From Nanobdellota archaeon (lineage in GTDB: Archaea; Nanobdellota; Nanobdellia; Pacearchaeales; GW2011-AR1), in NCBI GenBank assembly GCA_030640565.1, contig DAOWJD010000003.1:1-38671 (forward strand): a stretch of 38,671 nucleotides of DNA. The letters are read 5' to 3'. The notes below the pieces were generated by a model that saw only the letters and a program-made list of their open reading frames with translations, did not search any database and had not been told where the DNA came from. Made by a program: the position numbers and the translations under genes. Positions 10,261 to 17,610 of this stretch are shown here, piece after piece. Every line of letters begins with the position of its first letter. Within the stretch, counting starts at the first letter, position 1.

Positions 10261-11168
10261 AACACAATCTAAAGATAACAGCTATTATTTTGATAATGTT
10301 TGTTATAACCCAATTTATTGGGATTTATGTAGTTGATCATTATTTTTCTGAGGAAAACGAATTACCTTTTGGATTAGAAACACCTGAAATTGAAAAACAG
10401 TCTGATTATTCGATTCTTTTCGGATTCATAATTATTGCTTTTGTAATTGCAATTTGTTTATTCTTCTTCATGGCAAAGTTTAAGATAGCAGTTATTTTAA
10501 AACTCTGGTTTTTTGTTGTAGTAACTATTGCACTTTCAATAACTATTTTTTCTATAACAAGAAATTTTGATAAGCTTATTTTTGGATTACCTTTAATAGC
10601 AATATTAATAGCTCTTCCACTTGCAATTATAAAAATCTTTAAAAGAAACTTTCTTGTCCACAATTTTACAGAACTTTTAATTTACCCTGGAATTGCAGCT
10701 GTTTTTGTCCCTCTCCTAAATGTTTACACAGTTATAGGTTTGCTTGTTATTATTTCAATTTATGATATGTGGGCTGTCTGGCACTCAGGTATTATGCAGA
10801 AAATGGCAAAATATCAAATTAACAAGTTAAAAGTTTTCTCAGGATTTTTTGTTCCTTATTTATCTAAACATACAAGAAAAAGAATAAAGAAATGGAAGAA
10901 AACTCTGAAGAAAACAGAGTTAAAAAAGAAAAAAATTAAGATGAATATTGCAATTCTCGGAGGAGGAGATATTATCTTCCCAATAATTACTGCAGGAGTT
11001 ATGCTTAAAACTCTTGGCCTTGCTTCCGCAATTTTAGTAATATTAGGAGCAACTCTTGGTCTGGGATATCTTTTCTTTTTCTCAGAGAAAAAGAAGTTTT
11101 ACCCTGCAATGCCTTTCATCACAGGAGGAATTCTTATTGGGATAGCTCTTAGTTATCTGCTTTTTTAG
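10257..11168 (+). CDS. Presenilin/SPP-family GxGD intramembrane aspartyl protease
   Basis: Multi-pass TM protein with catalytic YD (ISIYDMWAV), GGGD and PAMP (PAL-type); ATG overlaps the deaminase stop (ATGA). Confidence 0.88.
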   Translation: MKHNLKITAIILIMFVITQFIGIYVVDHYFSEENELPFGLETPEIEKQSDYSILFGFIIIAFVIAICLFFFMAKFKIAVILKLWFFVVVTIALSITIFSITRNFDKLIFGLPLIAILIALPLAIIKIFKRNFLVHNFTELLIYPGIAAVFVPLLNVYTVIGLLVIISIYDMWAVWHSGIMQKMAKYQINKLKVFSGFFVPYLSKHTRKRIKKWKKTLKKTELKKKKIKMNIAILGGGDIIFPIITAGVMLKTLGLASAILVILGATLGLGYLFFFSEKKKFYPAMPFITGGILIGIALSYLLF

Positions 11169-11176
11169 TTTTATAA

Positions 11177-11539
11177 TCAGAATGAAGGTCTAACTCTTAA
11201 CCAAGTGTAGCTATCAGGTAAATTACGTCTTGCAGCCGTACTAGCAGGATGAGGAATACTTTGAATTTTCAATACTTTTTCATCTCTTAATCTTTTTCTT
11301 TCACCAACAAATTCCCAAGCATATCCATATTCAGTTTTTCCCAAATAATATTGTTCAAGATAATTCGCAACATCTTTGGGTGATTGTAAAAAAGATTCAT
11401 CTGATAACGAGGTGTCTTGTCTCCATCTTTTTAAGAATAAAGGACTAGAGTGCCCAAATCCTGATTGTTTAGAATCTATCCTAAAAGGCCCGTGAACCTT
11501 TGAGTCTCTAACTTTCTTTAGTAATGTTTCGTTTTCCAT
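11177..11539 (-). CDS. Hypothetical protein
   Basis: 120-aa ORF with a canonical BRE/TATA (GGAAAGGTTTATAAA) 21 nt upstream. Confidence 0.65.
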   Translation of the reverse strand: MENETLLKKVRDSKVHGPFRIDSKQSGFGHSSPLFLKRWRQDTSLSDESFLQSPKDVANYLEQYYLGKTEYGYAWEFVGERKRLRDEKVLKIQSIPHPASTAARRNLPDSYTWLRVRPSF

Positions 11540-11604
11540 ATCCTTTCAACAAACTACTTATTTATAAACCTTTCCATAATGTTCCCACTCCAAGAAAGTA
11601 ACAC

Positions 11605-11622
11605 ATAGTAAGATTTATAAAG
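11605..11622 (+). promoter_or_regulatory. ATAGTAA-N2-TTTATAAA promoter (leaderless)
   Basis: 17 of 18 nt identical to 1371-1388; TATA box 21 nt before ATG 11643. Confidence 0.65.
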
Positions 11623-11642
11623 CCTAAACTATATGGATTTTT

Positions 11643-11960
11643 ATGGATACAAAACTACAATTGATGTTAGATAAAGCACGAGCCGTAGATTTAGAAATCT
11701 TAGAACAATATCGTGAGAAAGAAGTTGTTATTAGAACACCCAGATCCAATGTTTATGGAGGAATAATTACTGAAGTAGGATCAGAATTTATTTATGTTAC
11801 TGATTTTAAAGAATATAAGAAGTGGCCCCTAGAAAAATCCCGGGAAAATATTAAGATATTTTTTAATAAGATTCCAGATAGGACATTATCAAGATCTCAG
11901 ATAGAAGAAATTTTTCTTTTGGAAGATGTTGGAAAACAAGGGAGGAAAATAAAATGTTAG
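11643..11960 (+). CDS. Hypothetical protein, possible Sm/LSm-like fold
   Basis: YREKEVVIRT..NVYGGIITEVGSEFIYVTD resembles Sm1; TLSRSQIEEIF resembles Sm2. Confidence 0.5.
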   Translation: MDTKLQLMLDKARAVDLEILEQYREKEVVIRTPRSNVYGGIITEVGSEFIYVTDFKEYKKWPLEKSRENIKIFFNKIPDRTLSRSQIEEIFLLEDVGKQGRKIKC

Positions 11961-12739
11961 TAAAACAAGAATTAATCAACAAAATAAAAGATTATTTTAA
12001 TCTTAATGTTTATGAAACAAAAGTTTGGTTAGCTTTGCTTGGAAAAGGAATAGCTTCTGCAGGAGAAATTGCAGAGATTTCTAGAGTTCCAAGATCAAGA
12101 ACCTATGATGTTCTTGAAGGCCTTGAGAAAAAAGGATTTGCAATCATAAAACTGGGAAAACCAGTTAAATATATTGGAATTAAACCTCATTTAATTATTG
12201 AAAAAATGAAAAACAATGTAAGAAGTGGTGCAGAAGAAAAAATAATAAGCCTTGTAAATTTAAAAGAAACAGAAGAATTTTCAAAACTTGAAAAACTTTA
12301 CAAAGAAGGATTAAACCCAATTAAAAAAGAAGATTATTCTGCAGCCCTTAAGGGAAGATCTAATATATCAAATTACTTAAGAGAAATTCTCCAAAACGCT
12401 ACTAAAGAAGTAATAATTTGTACAAATGCGGAAGATGTAAGTTCTAAATTAAAACTTTTCCAGCAAACTATTAAAAATCTTAACAAAGGAAATATAAAAG
12501 TAAAAATTGCATTGTCTGGAAACGAAAACATGATTAAAAAGATAAGTGGCATCCTTGAGATTAAAATAAAAAAGATAGATGTTGATGCAAAATTCTTTAT
12601 AATTGACAGAAAAGAAATCCTCTTTTATATTTCAAAGGACAAAAATCAAGAAGATGTTGCTGTTTGGATTAATTCTGAGTTTTTTGCTCAGGCCTTTGCA
12701 GTTCTTTTTGATAAGGCAGTTGGAGAAAAAAGTAGATAA
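11954..12739 (+). CDS. TrmB-family transcriptional regulator
   Basis: N-terminal wHTH (LNVYETKVWLALL...SRVPRSRTYDVLEGLEKKGF) and PLD-like C-domain (AKFFIIDRKEIL). Confidence 0.9.
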   Translation: MLVKQELINKIKDYFNLNVYETKVWLALLGKGIASAGEIAEISRVPRSRTYDVLEGLEKKGFAIIKLGKPVKYIGIKPHLIIEKMKNNVRSGAEEKIISLVNLKETEEFSKLEKLYKEGLNPIKKEDYSAALKGRSNISNYLREILQNATKEVIICTNAEDVSSKLKLFQQTIKNLNKGNIKVKIALSGNENMIKKISGILEIKIKKIDVDAKFFIIDRKEILFYISKDKNQEDVAVWINSEFFAQAFAVLFDKAVGEKSR

Positions 12740-12745
12740 GCTAAA

Positions 12746-13486
12746 ATGAAAAAAATATTAAGAAATATTTTATTTGCAGGAACAATAATATTAACTAGCT
12801 TATCTCCTATGAAAAATGTTTTAGCTCAACCTCAGGAAGATCCAAAAATAAAAACAAATATTAGTTTAGCAGGAAATCTTACAAACAAATTAAAATTTTG
12901 GGGAATGCCTTTTTTAGAAAGTCCTGCATATTCACAATCAGTAAATGTTAGTAGAGGAAAATTTGGCGCATCTTTAGTAGGAAATTATGACATTAAAAAA
13001 GGAAGATTGTTTGATATAGATATGGGGGTAAGTTTTTCTCAACCAATATTAGATAAATTAAATGCATATTTAGGTTATGTTTTTTTTAATTTTAATCTTG
13101 GAGAAGGATGGGATTATGCATCAATTTTATATGGGGGTTTGTCCGCAGATGTCCCATTAAACCCTTCTGTTACATATAATAGATTATTCAGGTTTGGGGG
13201 TGGAGAATACATAGAAGGCTCTGTTTCTCATGCTTTTCCAATTGGAGAGAAGATAGGGATTTCATTATCCCAAAAAGTAGGACATAATAACAAAGCTGGA
13301 AGAGATAAAACTGGTTTTAGTCATTTAGAAACAGGAATTAGTGTTCCAATACAATTATTAAATAAGGCAAATATTACTCCTTACTTAAACTATCTACATT
13401 CATTGTCAGATGAAGTAAAGAGCGGATTTTATGGTGGAATTAATGTGAGTTATGATTTAACTAAAAAACCTGCAACCCAGAAATAG
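12746..13486 (+). CDS. Secreted protein resembling a bacterial outer-membrane beta-barrel (TorF/MipA-like porin pattern)
   Basis: Sec signal peptide (VLA|Q); many amphipathic Gly/aromatic-rich strands; terminal strand GFYGGINVSYDL. Confidence 0.55.
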   Translation: MKKILRNILFAGTIILTSLSPMKNVLAQPQEDPKIKTNISLAGNLTNKLKFWGMPFLESPAYSQSVNVSRGKFGASLVGNYDIKKGRLFDIDMGVSFSQPILDKLNAYLGYVFFNFNLGEGWDYASILYGGLSADVPLNPSVTYNRLFRFGGGEYIEGSVSHAFPIGEKIGISLSQKVGHNNKAGRDKTGFSHLETGISVPIQLLNKANITPYLNYLHSLSDEVKSGFYGGINVSYDLTKKPATQK

Positions 13487-14732
13487 CCATATCTTTAATC
13501 TTTTGCGCATGTTTCTTTTTCCAGTCATTCAAAAATTTCTTTAAAGTAAAGTTAAGTTTTTGTTTTGCGTAAATCTTGTGTTTTTTTGTGAAAACTTTTT
13601 TGTATTTCTTCTTAAATTTTTTCACATGCTCTTTTTGAGATGTTAAAGGACCTCTAATTAAGAGTTCAGGTTTCTTTTTAACAGTAAAGAAATATTTTGC
13701 AGATTTCTTTCCATTATATTCAAATCCCTTGGATTTTATTTCAAAATATTTTTCAATTTCTTTTCCAAGATGTCTATGGAATTTCAATAATTTGCTTCCA
13801 GCAATATCTCCTTCTTGTTTTTTAGTCCTTGCTTCCAGCAAGATAAACTCATAATTCTTTTTTTTAGCATTTCTCCTTGCTTTTTCAAAATCAATTTTTT
13901 CTATTTCAAATGCCTTTATCGTTGGATTTTTTAGAAACTTCTTACAAGCTTTCTGAAATGCGCGAAATGTTTCATCAGAAAGCGCTGCTAACGCATTTCT
14001 CTGTTTATATGTTGGATCAATAAGAACAATTGGAGATTGGATTTTTGCAGCATTAATATCCATTAAAATTCGTTTCCTGCTTTTGTGATGTTTTTCAATA
14101 TCTATAACTTTTTGCTCTTTGATTTTTGTCATAGCTCTTAGAAATTTTAAAAAACCACCATAATAATAAATCAAAAGTTCTAAAGCATATCCAGAGAAAC
14201 CATTTACATATGATTCAGCCCCATAACAATTGTTTCCATAACAAAAAGCTTTTGCAAGCCGAATGTCGTCGAGGATTTTTTCTGATTTGATTTTCCTTTT
14301 TATATATTTTACATGAGAATAAGATAAATCTGTGATATTTTCTGCTTTTCTAGGATTTTTTATTTTTCTTACAGGAATTACTTCAAAGAAAAAGTCTTTA
14401 GAAACCTTCATTTTAAAATAATCTCTAGAACCATGGATTATAGAGACATTTTTCACATTTTTCAAGATTTTTTTTGTCAGGTCTGAGATGTTCTTGTGTT
14501 TTTTGTCAAATCTAATAAAAACATCAACATCATAACAATCTTTTCTTATTACAGTGGATTTTGCAAAACTCCCCCCGACAAAAACCTCTGCATTTATCTT
14601 CCCAGATTTTATTCTTTTCCCAAGTTTTTCAAGAAAATCTTTTAAAAGATTTTTAACTTGTTTAGATTCTTCTTTAGTTGGCTCTACTCTTGCTAAAACT
14701 TCTTTTAATATAGAATTAATGTTCTTAACCAT
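13461..14732 (-). CDS. cca: Class I (archaeal) CCA tRNA nucleotidyltransferase
   Basis: GGSFAKST...DVDVF, YGAE..GFSGY..ELL, LIDP...RN..AALS; start placed at ATG 14732 by TATA spacing. Confidence 0.92.
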   Translation of the reverse strand: MVKNINSILKEVLARVEPTKEESKQVKNLLKDFLEKLGKRIKSGKINAEVFVGGSFAKSTVIRKDCYDVDVFIRFDKKHKNISDLTKKILKNVKNVSIIHGSRDYFKMKVSKDFFFEVIPVRKIKNPRKAENITDLSYSHVKYIKRKIKSEKILDDIRLAKAFCYGNNCYGAESYVNGFSGYALELLIYYYGGFLKFLRAMTKIKEQKVIDIEKHHKSRKRILMDINAAKIQSPIVLIDPTYKQRNALAALSDETFRAFQKACKKFLKNPTIKAFEIEKIDFEKARRNAKKKNYEFILLEARTKKQEGDIAGSKLLKFHRHLGKEIEKYFEIKSKGFEYNGKKSAKYFFTVKKKPELLIRGPLTSQKEHVKKFKKKYKKVFTKKHKIYAKQKLNFTLKKFLNDWKKKHAQKIKDMAISGLQVF

Positions 14733-14779
14733 ACCCAATATAACATAAGAATATTTATAAGCTTATTGCGGGGGTGCTT

Positions 14780-15499
14780 TTAAATCTTGAAAGCTCTGGA
14801 TTTTAAAAATGATTTTGTTCTCTCAAATTCTTCATCGTAATCAAATTCAGGAGGCATTGATGCTTCAACAACACCTAAAGAACCACCACTAAGCCAATGT
14901 TCAAATACATAATGGCTAAATGTCCATTGAAAATCTTCTTCTTTTGATAATCTAACAATATTCTTTCCTATGACATATGGATTTCTTACATATTTATGAG
15001 CTTTGTCAATACCTTCTACTTCCATATTAATAGCTCTTAATTTAACACTTTGAGAATCACCTTCATATATCAATCTTCTTTTCTTATTGAAAGGGTGGAT
15101 TAAATTATCATATGCAGTGATAACACATTTATGGGTCTCTGCTTGTTGCAACATTTTTTGAACAAAATCAGCTGAGAGTGGTTGGTGACCACATACTAGC
15201 ATAAATCTGGTATCTAATAAATCCTGAAGATAATATGGAATTTTTCTGAAACCACCTTCGACAGGAACCACAAAAGCATCTATATTTTTCTTCTCAACAA
15301 TTCTTCTTATTTCTTTATTATTGTGATAACCACTGGAAATAACATATCTTTCTATTCCTCCCTCTTTTAAGCTATCAATTAAATGACCAATCATAGATTG
15401 TCCAGCATATTCTATTAATGATTTATTTCTAGTTGTATTGTTGGCTGGAGACATTCTTGTACCATAACCCCCAGCAACAATCAATGTTTGTTTTATCAT
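14780..15499 (-). CDS. Sugar-phosphate nucleotidyltransferase family protein
   Basis: N-terminal IVAGGYGTRM...KSL motif; GGAG SD upstream. Confidence 0.8.
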   Translation of the reverse strand: MIKQTLIVAGGYGTRMSPANNTTRNKSLIEYAGQSMIGHLIDSLKEGGIERYVISSGYHNNKEIRRIVEKKNIDAFVVPVEGGFRKIPYYLQDLLDTRFMLVCGHQPLSADFVQKMLQQAETHKCVITAYDNLIHPFNKKRRLIYEGDSQSVKLRAINMEVEGIDKAHKYVRNPYVIGKNIVRLSKEEDFQWTFSHYVFEHWLSGGSLGVVEASMPPEFDYDEEFERTKSFLKSRAFKI

Positions 15500-15545
15500 T
15501 TTATCTCCAATAAAAAATAGGTTACATTATATTTTATAAATATAA

Positions 15546-15592
15546 TGATACTCGCTTTCCCTAAAAGTGATTTAACACCAATTACATCTAAT
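15546..15592 (+). repeat. Direct repeat copy 1, containing a dif-like 11-6-11 site (15565-15592)
   Basis: TGATACTCGCTTTCCC..AAGTGATTTAA-CACCAA-TTACATCTAAT; similar to 16621-16665. Confidence 0.55.
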
Positions 15593-16374
15593 CAATTAAC
15601 TAATTTTTTTATTTTTATTAACTGATCCTTTAGATAATCATGTAGCTTTTCAGCTTTAATTATGCTAACTTTCTTTTTATCTCCTAAATCATTTTTTATA
15701 GCCAGATATCTTTCATAAGCATCTGTTCCTTTAGAGAGATTTCTGATTATTTTTATAAAATCCTTTTTTGAATAATTTTCATTTTTTATTAGTTTGGCAA
15801 TTATATATAGTGTTCGTATTCTCAAGATAAGAGTGTAAATAATAATATCACTAACGTATTTTTTATTCTTTTTTTTCATTCTTTCTAGAACTTCTTTGAT
15901 TATCTTTAGTTTATCTTCTGTAGTTTTAAGATACCAGTTTATGTTTTTCTTTGTTACCTTAACTTCTATTGAATTAAGATAATTAGAATTTAATAATGGT
16001 TTAGCTTCTTTTATCATCTGTCCGACAGGAAACAAATCTTGATTTAATTTTTGTTTTAATAACTCTAAGGAAATTATCAGCACATTATAAATACCCTCTT
16101 TAATCATCTTTTTATCAATGTCCTCTGTTATAACTAAGATGTCTATATCGCTTTTCTCATCTTCTTCTCCTCTTGCATGACTTCCGGTTAGATAAATCCC
16201 AATTACATTCTTTAAATCAGTGTATTTTTTTATTATAGGGATAACATCCAATAAAATAGTTTCAGAAGTTTTTTTTATTGGTTCAACTCTGACTTCTTTA
16301 TTAAGCCATGATCTTGGAAGTATGACTGCTGAGGAATTACCTGCTTTAATTGCTTTTTTTATTTGAACTTCCAT
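15592..16374 (-). CDS. AbrB/DUF2080-like N-domain fused to a minimal nucleotidyltransferase (MNT) and a helical C-domain
   Basis: KAGNSSAVILPRSW (AbrB-type hairpin); GSHARGE...SDIDILVI (Pol-beta NT motif). Confidence 0.78.
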   Translation of the reverse strand: MEVQIKKAIKAGNSSAVILPRSWLNKEVRVEPIKKTSETILLDVIPIIKKYTDLKNVIGIYLTGSHARGEEDEKSDIDILVITEDIDKKMIKEGIYNVLIISLELLKQKLNQDLFPVGQMIKEAKPLLNSNYLNSIEVKVTKKNINWYLKTTEDKLKIIKEVLERMKKKNKKYVSDIIIYTLILRIRTLYIIAKLIKNENYSKKDFIKIIRNLSKGTDAYERYLAIKNDLGDKKKVSIIKAEKLHDYLKDQLIKIKKLVN

Positions 16375-16562
16375 TATTTTTCCTCCAGATAATCTTCATC
16401 TTCTTCAATTTGCTTTAAAAATTTTTCAGCTATTTCTTTTTTCCAGTAACCTTTAAATACTTCTTTTTCTTTTTGAATTTTTTCTTCATGTTTATCTATT
16501 TGTTTCTGAAGAGATTTTATTCTTTTTTCACGTAATTTCTTCATGCGTTTTTTATCTTTCAC
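16374..16562 (-). CDS. Small charged coiled-coil protein, translationally coupled to the MNT gene
   Basis: GTG start 21 nt after TATA 16584-16591; stop overlaps the next ATG (TAATG). Confidence 0.65.
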   Translation of the reverse strand: MKDKKRMKKLREKRIKSLQKQIDKHEEKIQKEKEVFKGYWKKEIAEKFLKQIEEDEDYLEEK

Positions 16563-16620
16563 GTTCTTACATGTACTTACATCTTTATAAATTTTTCTAT
16601 AAGGGGGCTTAAGTTAATAT

Positions 16621-16665
16621 TGATACTCACTTACCCAAAGGGATTTAACAGGAACTAGCTTTAAA
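16621..16665 (+). repeat. Direct repeat copy 2, containing a dif-like 11-6-11 site (16638-16665)
   Basis: TGATACTCACTTACCC.AAGGGATTTAA-CAGGAA-CTAGCTTTAAA; left arm 10/11 identical to copy 1. Confidence 0.55.
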
Positions 16666-16729
16666 GAAAACTATAAAATATATTTCTAATTGAATAAATC
16701 TTTAAATAAGACTTAAATCTAAAGACAAC

Positions 16730-17038
16730 ATGTCAGAGAAACCTTTATATGAAGATGAACAATTAATGGCTGATTATCATCCTACTTCTCCAGAAGATCA
16801 TTTTTTGCGTATCGGAGGAGAAGGAAGAAAAAAAATAGGCTATCTTATCCAACATGGTATTTTAAGAGAACTAGCTAGAACTCCAAGAGGAGAAATAGAA
16901 AGCAAAATAGACGCTTTTAATCCTGAGATTTTAGCTAAAATAAAAGAAGAAGGGATTAAGATAGATGGATTGCATGTTGCATTATGCCAAGCCCATATAG
17001 AAGAAATGGAAAGGATGAAAATGGCCATTCGAGAATGA
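16730..17038 (+). CDS. Hypothetical protein
   Basis: 102-aa ORF; TATA TTTAAATA at 16701-16708, 21 nt upstream. Confidence 0.65.
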   Translation: MSEKPLYEDEQLMADYHPTSPEDHFLRIGGEGRKKIGYLIQHGILRELARTPRGEIESKIDAFNPEILAKIKEEGIKIDGLHVALCQAHIEEMERMKMAIRE

Positions 17039-17058
17039 TTTTCTTCAGATAATTTTCC

Positions 17059-17472
17059 TCACGTCTTCTCATCAGGCTCCCTGATTTCCTTCAGGTCTTT
17101 TATATTTGTTTTCAGTGTTGAAGCCAAATCAATTATATATTTTCCTTCTTCTAATTTGTATATTAAGGGCTGGTCTTTTCTGAAAAGCTTTACAATATCA
17201 AGCTCAAATTTCCCTTCACCAGTAACCCTTATTGATTCTATATCAAGAATAACAGGTGCTTGCTGATCAGTGATTCCAACCATCTCCCTTATATCTTTTT
17301 CAACCTGTTTTTTCTGATCTTCAGGAATATTAATAATCTTTTCCTTTACCTCTTTCATCTGGTTATCTCTGATATAAAAGAAAAAATGGCTTTTGCAATT
17401 TGCACATCCTTCAAGCAACTCTCTACTGCCTGGAGAAATAATTCTTGAGCATCTCACACATTGATGGGGCAT
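17059..17472 (-). CDS. oapC: Zn-ribbon protein, OapC/DUF2072-like
   Basis: MPHQCVRC...GCANC..FFFY, IESIRV..EGKFELD, EEGKYIIDL. Confidence 0.8.
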   Translation of the reverse strand: MPHQCVRCSRIISPGSRELLEGCANCKSHFFFYIRDNQMKEVKEKIINIPEDQKKQVEKDIREMVGITDQQAPVILDIESIRVTGEGKFELDIVKLFRKDQPLIYKLEEGKYIIDLASTLKTNIKDLKEIREPDEKT

Positions 17473-17553
17473 TTTTTGATATTACTATTTTTATTTTTAA
17501 TAATGAAAGAAAAAGTTCTAGATTAATAAATTTATCTGTATTTATATTATAAC

Positions 17554-17569
17554 TTCAAACTCTTTTGAA
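17554..17569. promoter_or_regulatory. Inverted repeat TTCAAA-N4-TTTGAA, candidate operator
   Basis: Perfect 6-bp dyad 12 nt upstream of the TATA box (17582-17589) of the HTH-propeller gene. Confidence 0.45.
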
Positions 17570-17610
17570 CTCTTCGCTTCATTTATAAATAATTATCTCT
17601 TGTGTCTGGC

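Noticed and set aside
15546..16665. Integron attC sites or C/D-box sRNAs as the explanation for the repeats
   Set aside because: A GTTRRRY-like core is present but without the complementary box and long hairpin; no proper RUGAUGA/CUGA pair.
16595..17600. Replication origin suggested by the oap genes and G-strings
   Set aside because: No convincing ORB repeats, no cdc6/orc1 gene and no long AT-rich unwinding region in the window.
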